Source of the DNA: Eledone cirrhosa
Lineage: Eukaryota
Length of the DNA stretch: 64,000 nt
Assembly: GCA_964016885.1 (NCBI GenBank)
Contig: CAXHJY010000803.1
Span: 19,612 to 83,611 of the forward strand
Reading direction: 5' to 3'
In this document: piece by piece, positions 41,933-54,028 of the stretch
Numbering within the stretch: the stretch's first letter is position 1
How the letters are laid out: each line of letters begins with the position of its first letter
Position numbers and translations under genes: made by a program
Notes under the pieces: generated by a model
Seen by the model: only the letters and a program-made list of their open reading frames with translations
Database searches by the model: none
What the model was told of the DNA's origin: nothing

Positions 41933-42123
41933 TATTATATAAGTTATTTAAAGGAGATTTGGCTGCTATTTTTGGTAGTGATGGCGGTGGTGGTGGTGGT
42001 GGTGGTGGTAGTGATGGTGGTGGTGATGGTAGTGGTAGAGAGTGGGGTGGATTGTAGTGTTCGCGTTGCGATGGTGATATATGTTTATATATTTATGTGT
42101 TCGTGTGCAAGTGCGCGTATATG

Positions 42124-42197
<74 letters not shown>

Positions 42198-43231
42198 CAT
42201 GTGTGTATGTGTGACTGTATGCGTGTGAGTGCGTGAGTATGTGTATGTGCATGTATGTGTGTGTATATGTATGCGTGTGTGTATGTGTGTGGGTATGTGT
42301 GTGTATGTGTATGCGTGTGGGTATGTGTGTGTATATGTATAGGAAAGCCACGGTTCTGACCTGTAGACACGTGTGGCAGTGAATGTTCACGTGTCATTAG
42401 CGAAACACGTGTAATAACGGCTCCGTCTGCTTCGTTGTTGATACTGCGGCGGCGGGGAGGAGGGGGGGGGGGGGTGATGGCAGCTTTGAAATGGACATTG
42501 GATGGGAGCAGGAGGGGATGAGGTGAAGTCAGAGAATGATGTCTGGAGAAAAGGGTACATGCATGTGTGTGAGAGAGTGTGTGTGTGTGTGAGAGAGAGA
42601 GGGAGGGGGGGGGGGATTGAAATATAAATACAAAGACAGGAAAAGGAGAGGAGAGAAAGAGATGAAGATGGTTGTGTGTGTGTGTAAGATCTATCTATCT
42701 ATCTCTCTCTCTTCCTCCTTCTTCCTCTCTCTTCCTCCCTTTTCCTATCTCTCTTCCTCTCTCTCTCTATATATATAGAGAGAGAGGGAGAAGAGAGAGA
42801 GAGGGAGGGAGAGGGGGAGAGGAAGTGAGAGAGAGAAGAGGGAGAGAAAGCGGGGGGGGGGGGGAGATGGTTGAAGGAAGAATATCCAAGAGTTATGAAG
42901 TTGTCCCTTTGGAAGATGTCAGTTGCAGCAGTGAGACGACAAGGTGCAGCATCCTCACTGTAGATACACACACATACACACACATACACATGCATACACA
43001 TACACATACACATACACACACATACACATATACACATACAAACGCACACATATACATACAGAAATACATATACTCACACTTTTTCATGGAACAACCGAAC
43101 CAATCATAGTAGAAAGTGATGGCCATCGATCTGACGAAGAGACGAAATACTTTGAAGCCACTAAGAAATGATTATGTAGCTTTGAAACCTATTTCTATAT
43201 AGTTAAGGACCGAAACACTTCCTTGAAGCGG

Positions 43232-43703
43232 GGTTTCTTCTCTGGAGACCTTCTGCTGTCCAGCTCACCTGAGAGTTTCTTCTCTGAAAACCTTCTGCTG
43301 TCCAGCTCACCTGAGAGTTTCTTCTCTGGAGACCTTCTGCTGTCCAGCTCACCTGAGAGTTTCTTCTCTGAAAACCTTCTGCTGTCCAGCTCACCTGAGA
43401 GTTTCTTCTCTGACGACCTTCTGCTGTCCAGCTCTCCCTGAGAGTTTCTTCTCTGAAGACCTTCTGTTGTCCAGCTCACCTGAGAGTTTCTTCTCTGAAG
43501 ACCTTCTGTTGTCCAGCTCACCTGAGAGTTTCTTCTCTGACGACCTTCTGCTGTCCAGCTCTCCCTGAGAGTTTCTTCTCTGAAGACCTTCTGTTGTCCA
43601 GCTCACCTGAGAGTTTCTTCTCTGAAGACCTTCTGTTGTCCAGCTCACCTGAGAGTTTCTTCTCTGAAGACCTTCTGCTGTCCAGCTCACCTGAGAGTTT
43701 CTT
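43232..43703. repeat. 42-bp minisatellite, about 11 copies
   Basis: Unit gtttcttctctgaagaccttctgctgtccagctcacctgaga; two units carry a 1-nt insertion (ctctccctga). Confidence 0.96.
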
Positions 43704-43996
43704 ACCACCATAAAACAATTATTTTATATTATCCTATAAATACTTCGTGCATGAAATAAGTTAAACGTTATTATAACTATCATTTTTTTATGCGGAAGGC
43801 GTCTCTGTCTAAACAAGACAAGATATTGTGCGTGACATTTTAGTAGCTTTAAAGAATCTGTAACAAAGGGTCAGGGTCACAGGTGTTAGCTTTAGAGGAT
43901 CAGTGAATATTAAATATAGGATTTCAGTAACCTAGTAACGAACAGTCAACTGAATTCTTGGAATTTACCAATTACGATGATATAGTGTATATATGA

Positions 43997-44152
43997 AGGC
44001 GGTGTATTGGCAGTGTTGTAGGTCTGTCGGCCAGAATACTTGGCTGTATTCGTCCCAGCGATCTGTGTTCAAATCCCACCGTGATCAACTCTAGATTTCA
44101 TCCTTTCGAGGACGATTAAACACAAGTAGTAGTCCAGTACTTAGGTCGATAC
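43997..44152 (+). mobile_element. Dominant SINE, degenerate
   Basis: ggcggtgtattggcag...gttcaaatcccacc...tttcatcctttcgagg. Confidence 0.6.
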
Positions 44153-44199
44153 TTTCTCTATATTTCATTCTCACTTCCACTCTCACACACACACACACA

Positions 44200-44312
<113 letters not shown>

Positions 44313-44685
44313 GAAAAAAAACACAATTGTTACCTTCAGACGTTGAGAAGTGGTGGGCTCCGCCAGTTTTAAAATGATGTCACGACGGCAAATACACGAG
44401 TCTATCAGGAATTGCGGGTGAGAGAGAGTATATGTGTACATATTTCATTTTATGTTTTTTGTGCAAGATTCTTGATATGAAATCGTATTAGAAGATATAT
44501 TTTTATAATTTATCAATGAAATCTCACTCACATTGGTTACATCATTAATTAACTAATTAGCCATCAATCACTTGATAAATCAATACATTAATTAATAGAT
44601 TATTGAACTTTATTGATGAATTAATTGACTGCCTATTATAACACCCGGTGCACCTGTTTTAATAGGCAGCATGTCCCTCTCAAAA

Positions 44686-44727
<42 letters not shown>

Positions 44728-44815
44728 ATATATATATATACACATATATATATATAAATGTGTGTGTATGTATATATATATGTGGGTGTGTGTATATATA
44801 TATGTGTGTGTATGT

Positions 44816-44977
44816 GTGTCCTGGGTATGACATTAAACTACATCCAGTGGCAGGCTCCAGTTTGGGAGTTCAGGAGCTGTGGGGAATGTGCAGTTACCCC
44901 TTAGTTGTTATGGCTCCCAGGTCTGTTCTGGCCCGGAGTAGTAGTACCTGTTAGGGCCCCATTTATGGGTTAAATAA
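44816..44977 (+). mobile_element. SINE-like interspersed repeat fragment
   Basis: tgtcctgggtatgacattaaac...ggctccag...ggggaatgtgcagttacccctt...ctcccaggt...ggcccggagtagtagtacctgttaggg; GC-rich island resembling a known mollusc SINE body (recalled, not verified). Confidence 0.45.
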
Positions 44978-45236
44978 TTACCTTACTCGAGTGACCCCGG
45001 TAAGGTATTATCAGCCATTGAAAAGAAAATATATATTGGAACACTTTCGATAAAACATCTGCTCTACATGAGAAAAGAACTTGGAACTAAACAATATCAA
45101 CAGCAACAACAGCACCTTCAATTATACTACTACAACTACTACTACTACTACTACTACTACATCATCATTACAACCACCACCATTACTAACACCAATGTCA
45201 CCACCATTATCGCTACCACCACCACAACCAGCTAGA

Positions 45237-45425
45237 ATAATTGTTTCTACTATTGGCACAAGGCCAGCAAATTAACCAGTATATTACTGGTACTTTATTT
45301 TATCTACCCCGTAAGGATGAAAGGCAAAGTTAACCTCGGTGGGATTTGAACTCAGAATAGCAAGGGCCGTAACTCTATGCGTCAAAGCATGGCGTCCGAC
45401 ACTCTACCGATACTGGTAATTCACC
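45237..45425 (-). mobile_element. Dominant SINE, full length
   Basis: Reverse complement of 23156-23342. Confidence 0.88.
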
Positions 45426-45429
45426 GTAC

Positions 45430-46890
45430 CATCAACAACACCAACATAAACACCATCGCCACTACCGTCTCCATCACCACTACTACAGCCACCAACACTA
45501 CCCATACCACCACCAACATTTCCCTCCAACACTACCCTCCCATCACCTCTACTACCACCAGCACTACTACTACTACCGCCACCACCACCACTTCTATTGC
45601 CATTAACCCTCCCACCACCATCACCACCCCAACCACCATCACTACTACAACTACTGTCACCAACACTACCCTCCCATCACCATCACCACCACCACTACTA
45701 CCACCTCCCCAACCACCACTACTACCGCCTCCCCAACCACCACTACTACCGCCTCCCCAACCACCACTACTACCGCCACCCCAACCACCACTACTACCGC
45801 CTCCCCAACCACCACTACTACAGCCACCCCAACCACCACTACTACCGCCTCCCCAACCACCACTACTACCGCCACCCCAACCACCACCCCGCCACCCCAA
45901 CCACCACTACCACCGCCACCCAACCACCACTACCACCGCCACCCAACCACCACTACCACCGCCACCCCAACGACCACTACCACCGCCACCCTAACCACTA
46001 CTACCACAGCCACCCTGCCACCACTACAACCACCGCCACCCAACCACCGCCACCCAACCACCACTACCACCGCCACCCCAACCACCACTACTACCGCCTC
46101 CCCAACCACCACTACTACCGCCACCCCAACCACCACTACTACCGCCACCCCAACCACCACTACTACAGCCATCCCAACCACCACTACTACCGCCACCCCA
46201 ACCACCGCCACCCAACCACCACTACCACCGCCACCCCAACGACCACTACCACCGCCACCCCAACGACCACTACCACCGCCACCACCACTACCACCGCCAC
46301 CCAACCACCACTACCACCGCCACCCAACCACCACTACCACCGCCACCCCAACCACCACTACCACCGCCACCCCAACCACCACTACCACCGCCACCCCAAC
46401 GACCACTACCACCGCCACCCAACCACCACTACCACCGCCCCCCAACCACCACTACCACCGCCCCCCAACCACCACTACCACCGCCACCCAACCACCACTA
46501 CCACCGCCACCCAACCACCACTACCACCGCCACCCAACCACCACTACCACCGCCACCCCAACCACCACTACCACCGCCACCCCAACCACCACTACCACCG
46601 CCACCCAACCACCACTACCACCGCCACCCCAACGACCACTACCACCGCCACCCCAACGACCACTACCACCGCCACCCAACCACCACTACCACCGCCACCC
46701 CAACGACCACTACCACCGCCACCCCAACGACCACTACCACCGCCACCCAACCACCGCCACCCTAACCACCACTACCACCGCCACCCTAACCACTACTACC
46801 ACAGCCACCCTGCCACCACTACAACCACCGCCACCCAACCACCGCCACCCAACAACCACTACTACCACCACCCTGCCACCCTATCCACCC
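45430..46890. repeat. C-rich degenerate repeat with ~24-bp unit ccaaccaccactactaccgcctcc
   Basis: Direct reading; source of the Pro/His-rich ORFs. Confidence 0.92.
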
Positions 46891-47005
46891 TAATTACACC
46901 CAATTCTCAACTCTGGATCAATACTTCAGAACTGCCTCTCTTCACAGTTCACTCGCTTTTGCACTAAATTCACCGAAACTATATTACGCCATAGTTTACT
47001 TAGAG

Positions 47006-47048
<43 letters not shown>

Positions 47049-47149
47049 GTGCGTGCGTGCGTTGGTGTGTGAATCTATATCTCTAAGTTGAGTGTGTTTA
47101 CGTGTGTATGTCTATGTATATTAGTATATATATATGTATATATGTGTAA

Positions 47150-47180
<31 letters not shown>

Positions 47181-47597
47181 CGTGTCATTTGGTGTGACAT
47201 TGCGGTTATCTTTGTGTTTCTGTTTGTATATGTGCATATATTTCAGTGCGACTTTATGTAAGTGAAAGTGTATGTGTGTATATATGTATGTATAAATGCA
47301 TGTGTAGAAGATTTAGTATATAATATGTTTGTATGTGTGAATTTACAATAGGTGTCAGTTAGCGTATATATGTGTAGGACACGCCCTTTATGATCTCACT
47401 TAATATATTTTAGGGAGCGGCTGATTTTAATGATGGCAACAGAAGGGACTCTACTAAAGACATACAATGATAAGGTATTAGTTTGGTGGTGTTAAGCCGG
47501 GTGACAGTTTAAATCTTCTACTTAGAAAGATGATATTGACGTGAGAATGAGTGTTCAATACCGAAGTAGAGTTTAAATATTCCTTAATATGGTTAAG

Positions 47598-47629
<32 letters not shown>

Positions 47630-47672
47630 TATGGTTAAGTATATATATATATTCTTACGATTCTACGCCTAA

Positions 47673-47870
47673 TACAGGTAAAATTCCGTTATCACCAATA
47701 CCATTATAACGAATTTTTCAGTATAACTAAAGTATTTTCAATTCCCGGCCGCAAGTTTATTTAAACAACGATAAAAGGATCCCGTTATAACGAAATTCAT
47801 TATAACGAATATTTCAATACAACAAACGAAAATTGTACCCCCAGCAGCCAAAATTCCTCGCTGCAACGAA
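47673..47870 (+). mobile_element. Pogo/Tigger-like DNA transposon left end
   Basis: TA|caggtaaaattccgttat with multiple ttataacgaa subterminal motifs; no right end seen. Confidence 0.55.
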
Positions 47871-47879
47871 AAAGAAATA

Positions 47880-48124
47880 TTTCGACACACTCCATCTCAC
47901 AGAATTGTCATCCAACAAAAATACTTGAACCCAAAATACTGCTTCATATTCCCCACACATGGTTATTCCAATATCCATGTTTACAATAGACTCGTCCTTT
48001 ACAAACGTCCCTCTCCCTTTCTTATTCTTAGAAGCCTCAGTGAAGTTCTTAAACTCTAATATCAGGACTAATTAAGTACAGTATTTCTACGGCAATATTT
48101 CAATATCTTTGTTGAAATTATTTT

Positions 48125-48199
<75 letters not shown>

Positions 48200-48578
48200 G
48201 TTTTATATATATATGTTTTATATATATATATATATGTTTTATATATATATGTTTTATATATATATATATATGTTTTATATATATATATATATGTTTTATA
48301 TATATATATATATGTTTTTCTATTTATTTTCATTTGTACCCCCTTCCACCGTTTCCTGTCACCCCATTTTTTCTAAATGTCTCTCGCCCACTCCCCCACA
48401 CACCCTTGGAACTCTCTTCCCACACACTTTTCGCCTGAAGAAGGGCTTATGCCCGAAACGTCGTTCCCCACCACCACCTCCACTATCAAGAGCGTGAAAC
48501 TAATAAACCTTTGTTCGTACTAATAAACTAATAAACCTTTGTTCGTACTAATAAACCTTTGTTCCCGTTCCATTTTTC

Positions 48579-48582
<4 letters not shown>
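47880..48582 (+). mobile_element. Penelope-like element 3' fragment (decayed endonuclease tail plus LTR with hammerhead)
   Basis: TIDSSFT and LILEASVKFLNSNI resemble the PLE GIY-YIG C-terminus; followed by a hammerhead core at 48435 and a tail ending in (TA)n. Confidence 0.5.
48431..48465 (+). ncRNA. Minimal hammerhead ribozyme core
   Basis: CTGAAGA-a-gggc-ttat-gccc-GAAA-cGTC; stem III is the palindrome acgt; stem I only ~2 bp locally. Confidence 0.65.
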
Positions 48583-48623
<41 letters not shown>

Positions 48624-48771
48624 GTTAGAACACGAAAAGTGTGAAACAACAGAATGTTCACTTTTCGTGTTCTAACATATATGCCTAGCTTCTTCATAAA
48701 TTTTTCGGGGATAGCCGTGGTGGTGGTGATCGTATGTCATTGGCTAATTTTCAACCAATCAGAGTAAGTGT

Positions 48772-48819
<48 letters not shown>

Positions 48820-49739
48820 TATTGCCCCTCTCTCTATATATATCTTACGCTTTCGCTTTACACTCCTCCCCTTCAATAACACATTTCCCCCTCTCTATAT
48901 ATCTCTTCCACTGTTACTTACGCCTGTTTCTCTCTATCTGTTCCGTCTCTATATATATCTCTCTTACTCTTTCGCTTTGCACTCCTCCCCTTCAATACCA
49001 TCTCTCCCCCTCTCTATATATTTGTTACTCTATCGCTGCACGCTCCTCTCCTTCAATATATCAATTACACACGCTTTACACTTCTTTATCCCCAGCGCCC
49101 CTATATATACACCCCCCCTCCCGCATCTATATTTTAATGTTCCGTTGCACCGTGAATATATGTGTCTATATATATATATACATATATATTGTATATACAC
49201 ATTCATGTATGTGTATACACACTCATGTATGTATATACACTGGTTTTATGTGTGTATTGTAAATTTGTACTGTTAAAACACGAAACTAACATTCGATTGA
49301 CACTTTGATTACCTGTACAGGCAATAGTTATTAGAATGCTGTTGAAGTGTGTATATATTTTTGGGGGACATCCTGTATATACACACATTATATATAATAC
49401 AATAAACAGATAAATACACACATATATATATATGAGCTTATTTAATTATAAATATTGTGAATTTTTAACTCAGTTCAATTATATATATAAATGGCTTCTA
49501 CAGGACTAGAACTGTTTCATTCGAAAGAAATCATCATAATATTGAGAGGGGGGACTAGATAAAATATTTCAAATCAAATGTGTATAAGTTATAAGTTAAA
49601 ATGTATAAATAGAGACGATAGTGGAGGTATATCTGTTTAGTGGAACAGTAGACGATAGAATTAAATACAGACGAGAATCTCCCTTTAATGAAACAGCAGA
49701 CGATAGAATTAAGGCAATTTAAATTTTAAGCATTTGCAT

Positions 49740-49792
49740 TTTTGCCTTTCATCGTTACGGGGTCGATAAAATAAAGTACCAGTAATACACTG
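49740..49792 (+). mobile_element. Dominant SINE core fragment
   Basis: tttgcctttcatcgttacggggtcgataaaataaagtaccagt. Confidence 0.75.
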
Positions 49793-50153
49793 TCACTATA
49801 AGTAGACGACTTTCAAATTGAATTGTTGGTTCCATTTCTTTAGTATTTTCAATTGTAGTTATCTACTTAAAAAGCGTTACACGGTTAGAGACATAATTGG
49901 TAAGTTATATCTTCCCTATTAAACCATTGCATTATTTCGCCTACAATAGAACAAAAATGAAATGTTCTTTAAAGAAACAGGAATATAACTTTATAAAAAA
50001 AAAGTTGCATCCGCTTCTTTTATCATTGATAATTTTTTCGTTTTAATATTAATTGTTTTTTGTAGTTGTTTATATTAAAAATCTTACTGTAATATTTACT
50101 TAAACGAAGGCAGACATCTAAACTTATAGATTAATCTTAAGCGAAGGACTAGA

Positions 50154-50230
<77 letters not shown>

Positions 50231-50239
50231 CTATATATA

Positions 50240-50278
<39 letters not shown>

Positions 50279-50809
50279 ATATATATCTATATATATATAT
50301 ATATAAAAACGAAGAATGATAAAATTTCAAGCAAAGAGTTTAATTAGGTAATGACTTACAAATTTGTTTCAGTATATAGACAAAGCCTGAAGCGCTAATT
50401 ATAATAATTAGTTAATAATATTACAAAATATATTAATATTATATTAAATATATACTGAAACAAATTTGTTTAGCAGAAAGTTTCCAGACAAGAAACACGC
50501 ATATTTTGCTATCCTCAAACACGTTTACACATGGCATGAAATATAACTAATCCGAGATGGCTAGGTTTCATCTTCTAACTGGATAAACGAAATCCATTAT
50601 GTCTTGACAACAACATGAGGTAACATTATGTTATTCACAGACACACTTTGTACACCGTTCCATATCAGAATGTATTTCCTTCGTCACATTCACAAACAGT
50701 ATTGAAAATATGTTCTTCGGCAAATAAAAATGTTTTGTTCATAATATTTCAACTAGCGATTGCTCTACTCCACGCACGACCACCATAAATTAATGACCAG
50801 CTCAACACA

Positions 50810-50980
50810 AGTATTGGTAGAGCGTCAGACACCATGCTTTGCAGTATTGTTATGGTCCTTTGCATTCTAAGTTCAAATCCTGCCGAGGTTAACTTCGACT
50901 TTCATACTTACTAATTCGATAAAATAAAGTACCAGTAATGGACTGCCGTAATGGATTTGTGCCGAAAAATAGAAACACTA
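50810..50980 (+). mobile_element. Dominant SINE
   Basis: agtattggtagagcgtcagacaccatgc...agttcaaatcctgccgaggttaact...cgataaaataaagtaccag. Confidence 0.8.
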
Positions 50981-51538
50981 TTAATGTGCAATAAGAGCAA
51001 AATATAACGACATTGCTCAATTATTTTATCTAATGTTGTAATAACACAAGGAAATGTTGTTTGTGTATTTTTTTTTATATTTGCTCATAGGCTTTTACAA
51101 TTTCGCTCAGCCAACAACTATTAAAAAGTGAGTTGCTTAAGATAACAATTTAATCACAAATTGTTGCTATCTTTTAATACACACCAACAAGTCATCAAAT
51201 TATGTACAATAAAAACAAATCTTATTAATTTGCTCAGGGAATATCAGGGAATATAAAGAAAATGTATATACACTGATAATTGCAATTGTATGTAAATATT
51301 TTGTATTTGTATTGTTTATTTTATGTTTTCTATTATGTATATTGATTTAATATTGATTGTTTTTTGTAGTTGTTTATATTAAAAGTCTGAAAATATTTTT
51401 ATACATCTTACACTAATATTTATAAGATAATTTATAATAACAATTACATAATCTAATTACATTACAACGATAATTTATTATTAATATATATCCTGTTTAA
51501 CTAGAGTTATTACAAGCGTTGCCTTAAAAAAATATTAA

Positions 51539-52490
51539 ACTAGACATGAAAAATGCGCAAGCTCAAAAGTGCCACAGAATGTTATAATAAACCTTCAAAA
51601 GTGTGGGACTAGAGTTGTTGCTAAAAAATATTGTAATCATTATATATCGTACATTCTGTGGCATCCTTTATAAAAATAGCTTAAACCAACGAAGCCTTTA
51701 TTTTTACGCTATTTCACTTAGTTAATTCTTAGAGTGTAACATATAAAAATAAATACATCTATGTTTAATGTAATAACAGCTATAAATAATTACGTAATAT
51801 TATTATCATATACTCATAGTAACAAAATAATTGTGTTGAAAATTAATATGATGCTTATATGAACGATCAAATCTATAATGATAATTTCTTAAATATACTA
51901 ATAGTAAAATAATTTAGTTATCTATTGTTACATTTTCATAGAACTATAATATTAACAATCGTATTGCATTATCAAATTTTTATCACTACAAACTTTCATA
52001 TTGGAATTACCTTAAGCCACTTATTATTACTTCGCTTTCGTACTTTTACAGCTGTAGATATTGCGCTGTATCTTATATCTAATATCAATATCTCATGGTA
52101 ATTTGCATGCAGTGTAAAGGTATTAATAACTTTAATATGAAATGTATTATACAGGGCTGCGGAGTCGGCTAAAAATTGACTGGCTCCAACTCAGGATCCG
52201 ATACTCCATTATTTCCTAAATTTCAGCTCCGCAGCTCTGTTATTATATTAATTAATTTATTTTATAGTTGTAAATCATATTTTTATATGTTACACTCTAA
52301 GAATTAACTAAGTGAAATAGCGTAAAAATAAAGGCTTCGTTGGTTTAAGCTATTTTTATAAAGGATGCCACAGAATGTACGATATATAATGATTACAATA
52401 TTTTTTAGCAACAACTCTAGTCCCACACTTTTGAAGGTTTATTATAACATTCTGTGGCACTTTTGAGCTTGCGCATTTTTCATGTCTAGT
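51539..52490. repeat. 213-bp perfect inverted repeat with 526-bp spacer
   Basis: 51539-51751 is the exact reverse complement of 52278-52490 by manual comparison. Confidence 0.93.
52152..52239. mobile_element. 88-bp hAT MITE
   Basis: TIRs cagggctgcggag / ctccgcagctctg; 8-bp TSD gtattata/ttattata (7 of 8 match). Confidence 0.8.
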
Positions 52491-52509
52491 ATATATATAT
52501 ACATATATG

Positions 52510-52792
52510 TATTTGGCAATATACCGTGTGTTTAATTTAAAACATTTTGAAGACCTTGCGCTATCATTTTAAAGTAGTGGCTATGTCACTTACTTCTTTT
52601 TTTTTTTGGCAAAGGAAGGGAGAGAAGCTGACAGATTCTGTTTCACACTGTTGGTGATCCTCAGAGCAACGTACTCCCTGCCTCCGCCGAAAATTGCCGA
52701 AAAAAGAAGTAAGTGACATAGTCACTACTTTAAAATGATAGCTCAAGGTCTTCAAAATGTTTTTAATTAAACATACGGTATATTGCCAAATA
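52510..52792. repeat. Inverted repeat with ~100-bp arms (MITE-like or fold-back)
   Basis: tatttggcaatataccg...ttggcaa versus ttgcc...cggtatattgccaaata with ~5 substitutions and a different T-run length; ~80-bp spacer; TA-flanked. Confidence 0.88.
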
Positions 52793-52843
52793 TACTATAC
52801 ATACATTCATGTATACATCGCTATTTCAGAGCTCCAATCCTAA

Positions 52844-52903
<60 letters not shown>

Positions 52904-53405
52904 CTGACGAACGTATCACCATTAACATCCGTATGTAAATTTAATGTTGCTATTGTATATGTTCTCCTTGTTAAGCCTAAAAGTGCATCAGTAATCAGCC
53001 TTTTTTCAACTAGGGGAAGTAATCAACCCTCTATTGATAGACTTGCGTACATACATACATTCATGTATATACACGCATGTATACATATTACATTCATAGA
53101 TACATATATAACAACTCTTTTCTTATATATATATACATATATATATATATAGAGATAGATAGATAAATACATATATATACACATATATATATATATATAC
53201 ATACATACATGTATCCGTACATATATAAGGTTCATCCAACCGTCCACACTACTACTACTACTACTACATGAGGTGTATTTATGTCAGTGTGTCAGAAGCA
53301 GTAGAGCACTACTTAAGTTGTAGGTCACCTGAACAGCTGGTACACTTTCAATGTATCTTAATGTGTCAGATGTTGATAATATCAAGGAGTATATATGTAT
53401 GTATG

Positions 53406-53432
<27 letters not shown>

Positions 53433-53441
<9 letters not shown>

Positions 53442-53797
53442 TAAACGGAAAAGAAAATGCTGACAAATTGTTCCCAGTGAAAAATAGTTTAATTAGGAAT
53501 AAGTATAAATTAGTAATAAGTATTGGTTAGTATTCAGTTTTAGTTTTAAGTTTTTACCGGTTGCGCATTTCTAATGCTTTTCAAAAATAATTTTGAGATA
53601 GAGCGTCCGTGCAAACATCACGAGCACTCTATCTCAAAATTATTTTTGAAAAGCATTAGAAATGCGCAATCGGTAAAAACTTAAAACTAAAACTGAATAC
53701 TAACCAATATTTATTACTAATTTATACTTATTCCTAATTAAACTATTTTTCACTGGGAACAATTTGTCAGCATTTTCTTTTCCGTTTACCAATATAT
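53433..53797. repeat. Near-perfect 365-bp hairpin (~170-bp arms) containing a hammerhead-like motif in each arm
   Basis: 53433-53603 versus 53627-53797 with two mismatches; left end abuts (TA)n. Confidence 0.92.
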
Positions 53798-53830
53798 CAC
53801 AACTCGTGTATTACACCTCTATTCTTTTAA

Positions 53831-53864
<34 letters not shown>

Positions 53865-53978
53865 TCATGTATAACATCGATATTTCAGAGCACCAATCCT
53901 AATTTTTAATATATATATATATTTATATATATTAATGAAAAAGAACAAAGGAACTATTATGACATTATAACAAGTTTA

Positions 53979-54028
53979 TTGCCGACAGCCGTTTCGTCCG
54001 ACCATCTGGTGGGAATTTTCAAGGCATA
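53979..54028 (-). ncRNA. Type I hammerhead motif, U3-A8 variant, in Penelope-like LTR fragment (53930-54165)
   Basis: Minus strand tgcc-TTGAAAA-ttcccacc-agat-ggtcggac-GAAA-cggctGTC-ggca; stem I tgcc/ggca; stem II has two mismatches. Confidence 0.65.

Larger units (their letters stand above)
39630..42415. promoter_or_regulatory. Cluster of eight canonical CACGTG E-boxes
   Basis: CACGTG at 39634, 39794, 39820, 40594, 41357, 42368, 42388, 42406; three are GTCACGTG. Function is inferred only. Confidence 0.4.

Noticed and set aside
43130-43152. ctgacga...gaaa hammerhead-like match
   Set aside because: Intervening agagac cannot form stem II and no stem I/III pairing is present.
43232-43703. Tandem hammerhead array in the 42-bp repeat
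   Set aside because: CTGAAGA is on the + strand but GAAAC is on the - strand, so no ribozyme can form from one transcript.
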